DNA of 64,000 nucleotides, from the NCBI GenBank assembly GCA_963677495.2, contig CAXXOU010000004.1:64001-128000 (forward strand). The letters run 5' to 3'. The first letter of the stretch is position 1. The number at the start of each line of letters is the position of its first letter. Source of the DNA: Candidatus Cloacimonadales bacterium (GTDB lineage Bacteria; Cloacimonadota; Cloacimonadia; Cloacimonadales; JAFGVF01). Position numbers and translations under genes: made by a program. Shown here piece after piece: positions 63,144-64,000 of the stretch. Below the pieces are notes generated by a model, which saw nothing but the letters and a program-made list of their open reading frames with translations, had not been told where the DNA came from and ran no database searches.

Positions 63144-63998
63144 TTATTTCATCAATATCATCTTCTTTGTTGAGGAGTATGAACCAGACTTCATTCTTAC
63201 AAAGTATACTCCAGATGCTACCTGCTTATTACTATGATCTCTGCCATTCCAAACAACAGAGTGTTTGCCTACAGGTAGATGCTCATTTACAAGCGTTTGA
63301 GTCTTTTCTCCTCTAATATTATAGATAGAGATTTTTGTTCTCACTGCATTATCACTGACAGTAAACATAATTGTTGTTTCGGGATTAAATGGATTAGGAT
63401 AATTGTTGCAAAGTGTGGTGATGATTGAATTATTTGAAACATCTCCATTTTCAACAGTTGCACCTGTGTTTGCAATTGTAATATCATCAATCATCAAAAA
63501 TCCATTTGTTTGATTAGATGTACAATGAATTGCTATTCTTATATCTTCAGAAAGGTTATTGTTAAGACTATATTGGAATAGTGTCCAGTTCTCAGGTACA
63601 AATACCGGTGAATAACCACTGATTATACTGAAATCATCCGGATTAAGACTACCATCTGATATTGCGACTTGAAACTGCTCAGGTGCAATGTCAATTGAAT
63701 ATGAACGGGAAACGAATTCCAAAGATGCTTGGTCGTTGCTAAGCTGGATTATTGGTGAAATTAACCAGTCATCATTTTGGTATCCTTCAACACCTATACA
63801 TGCGACGTATTTCTCACCTGAATATGGATCTGCGTCTTGTAATGGTGGTACCGTTGAATCCGGATTGAAGATACAATAACCATATATATCCTCATCCCTT
63901 GGTATACTAACTCCATTAAGAAAGTTTGAAACTGAACTGTTACTTTGTGACAAAACTGTCCACCCACCAAAATCTGTGACGAAGTCTTCATAGTCTTC
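63144..63998 (-). CDS. C-terminal part of a cleaved-adhesin (choice-of-anchor J-like) protein with FlgD-Ig/T9SS-like CTD; runs off the window end
   Basis: Frame open to the edge (EDYEDFVTDFGGWTVL); NDDWLISP, IRIAIHC, IDDI; NYPNPFNP..KMILMK. Confidence 0.82.
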   Translation of the reverse strand, partial: EDYEDFVTDFGGWTVLSQSNSSVSNFLNGVSIPRDEDIYGYCIFNPDSTVPPLQDADPYSGEKYVACIGVEGYQNDDWLISPIIQLSNDQASLEFVSRSYSIDIAPEQFQVAISDGSLNPDDFSIISGYSPVFVPENWTLFQYSLNNNLSEDIRIAIHCTSNQTNGFLMIDDITIANTGATVENGDVSNNSIITTLCNNYPNPFNPETTIMFTVSDNAVRTKISIYNIRGEKTQTLVNEHLPVGKHSVVWNGRDHSNKQVASGVYFVRMKSGSYSSTKKMILMK

Positions 63999-64000
63999 AA

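Overview
AT-rich bacterial chromosomal segment. Gene content (seven secreted proteins with a NYPNPFNP...KMxLMK FlgD-Ig/T9SS-like C-terminal domain, PEGA proteins, ppdK, anaerobe-type ferritin-like and flavodoxin-like proteins) suggests an FCB-group anaerobe, most likely Cloacimonadota; this is inference, not a database result. About 42 CDS. They include a housekeeping block (tilS-hpt-ftsH-guaB-xerD, with ftsH broken by a frameshift), tatD, dusB, a TrmH methylase, aqpZ, ppdK, a GH29 fucosidase, an MltD-like LysM transglycosylase, a double-domain deoxynucleoside kinase, and a kinase-TPR-GAF-sigma54 activator fusion. No rRNA, tRNA, cas, reverse transcriptase or transposase gene was recognised. 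The most unusual material is intergenic. First, several long palindromes are built from pentamers phased at exactly 11 bp, with different pentamers in different copies. Second, two loci (227-814 and 34034-34352) share the same plan: a phased palindrome acts as a leader, followed by ungapped 28-bp direct repeats that separate 112-123 bp REP-like cassettes. This CRISPR/integron-like layout has no recognisable enzyme in the window. Many REP/MITE-like families fill the other spacers.
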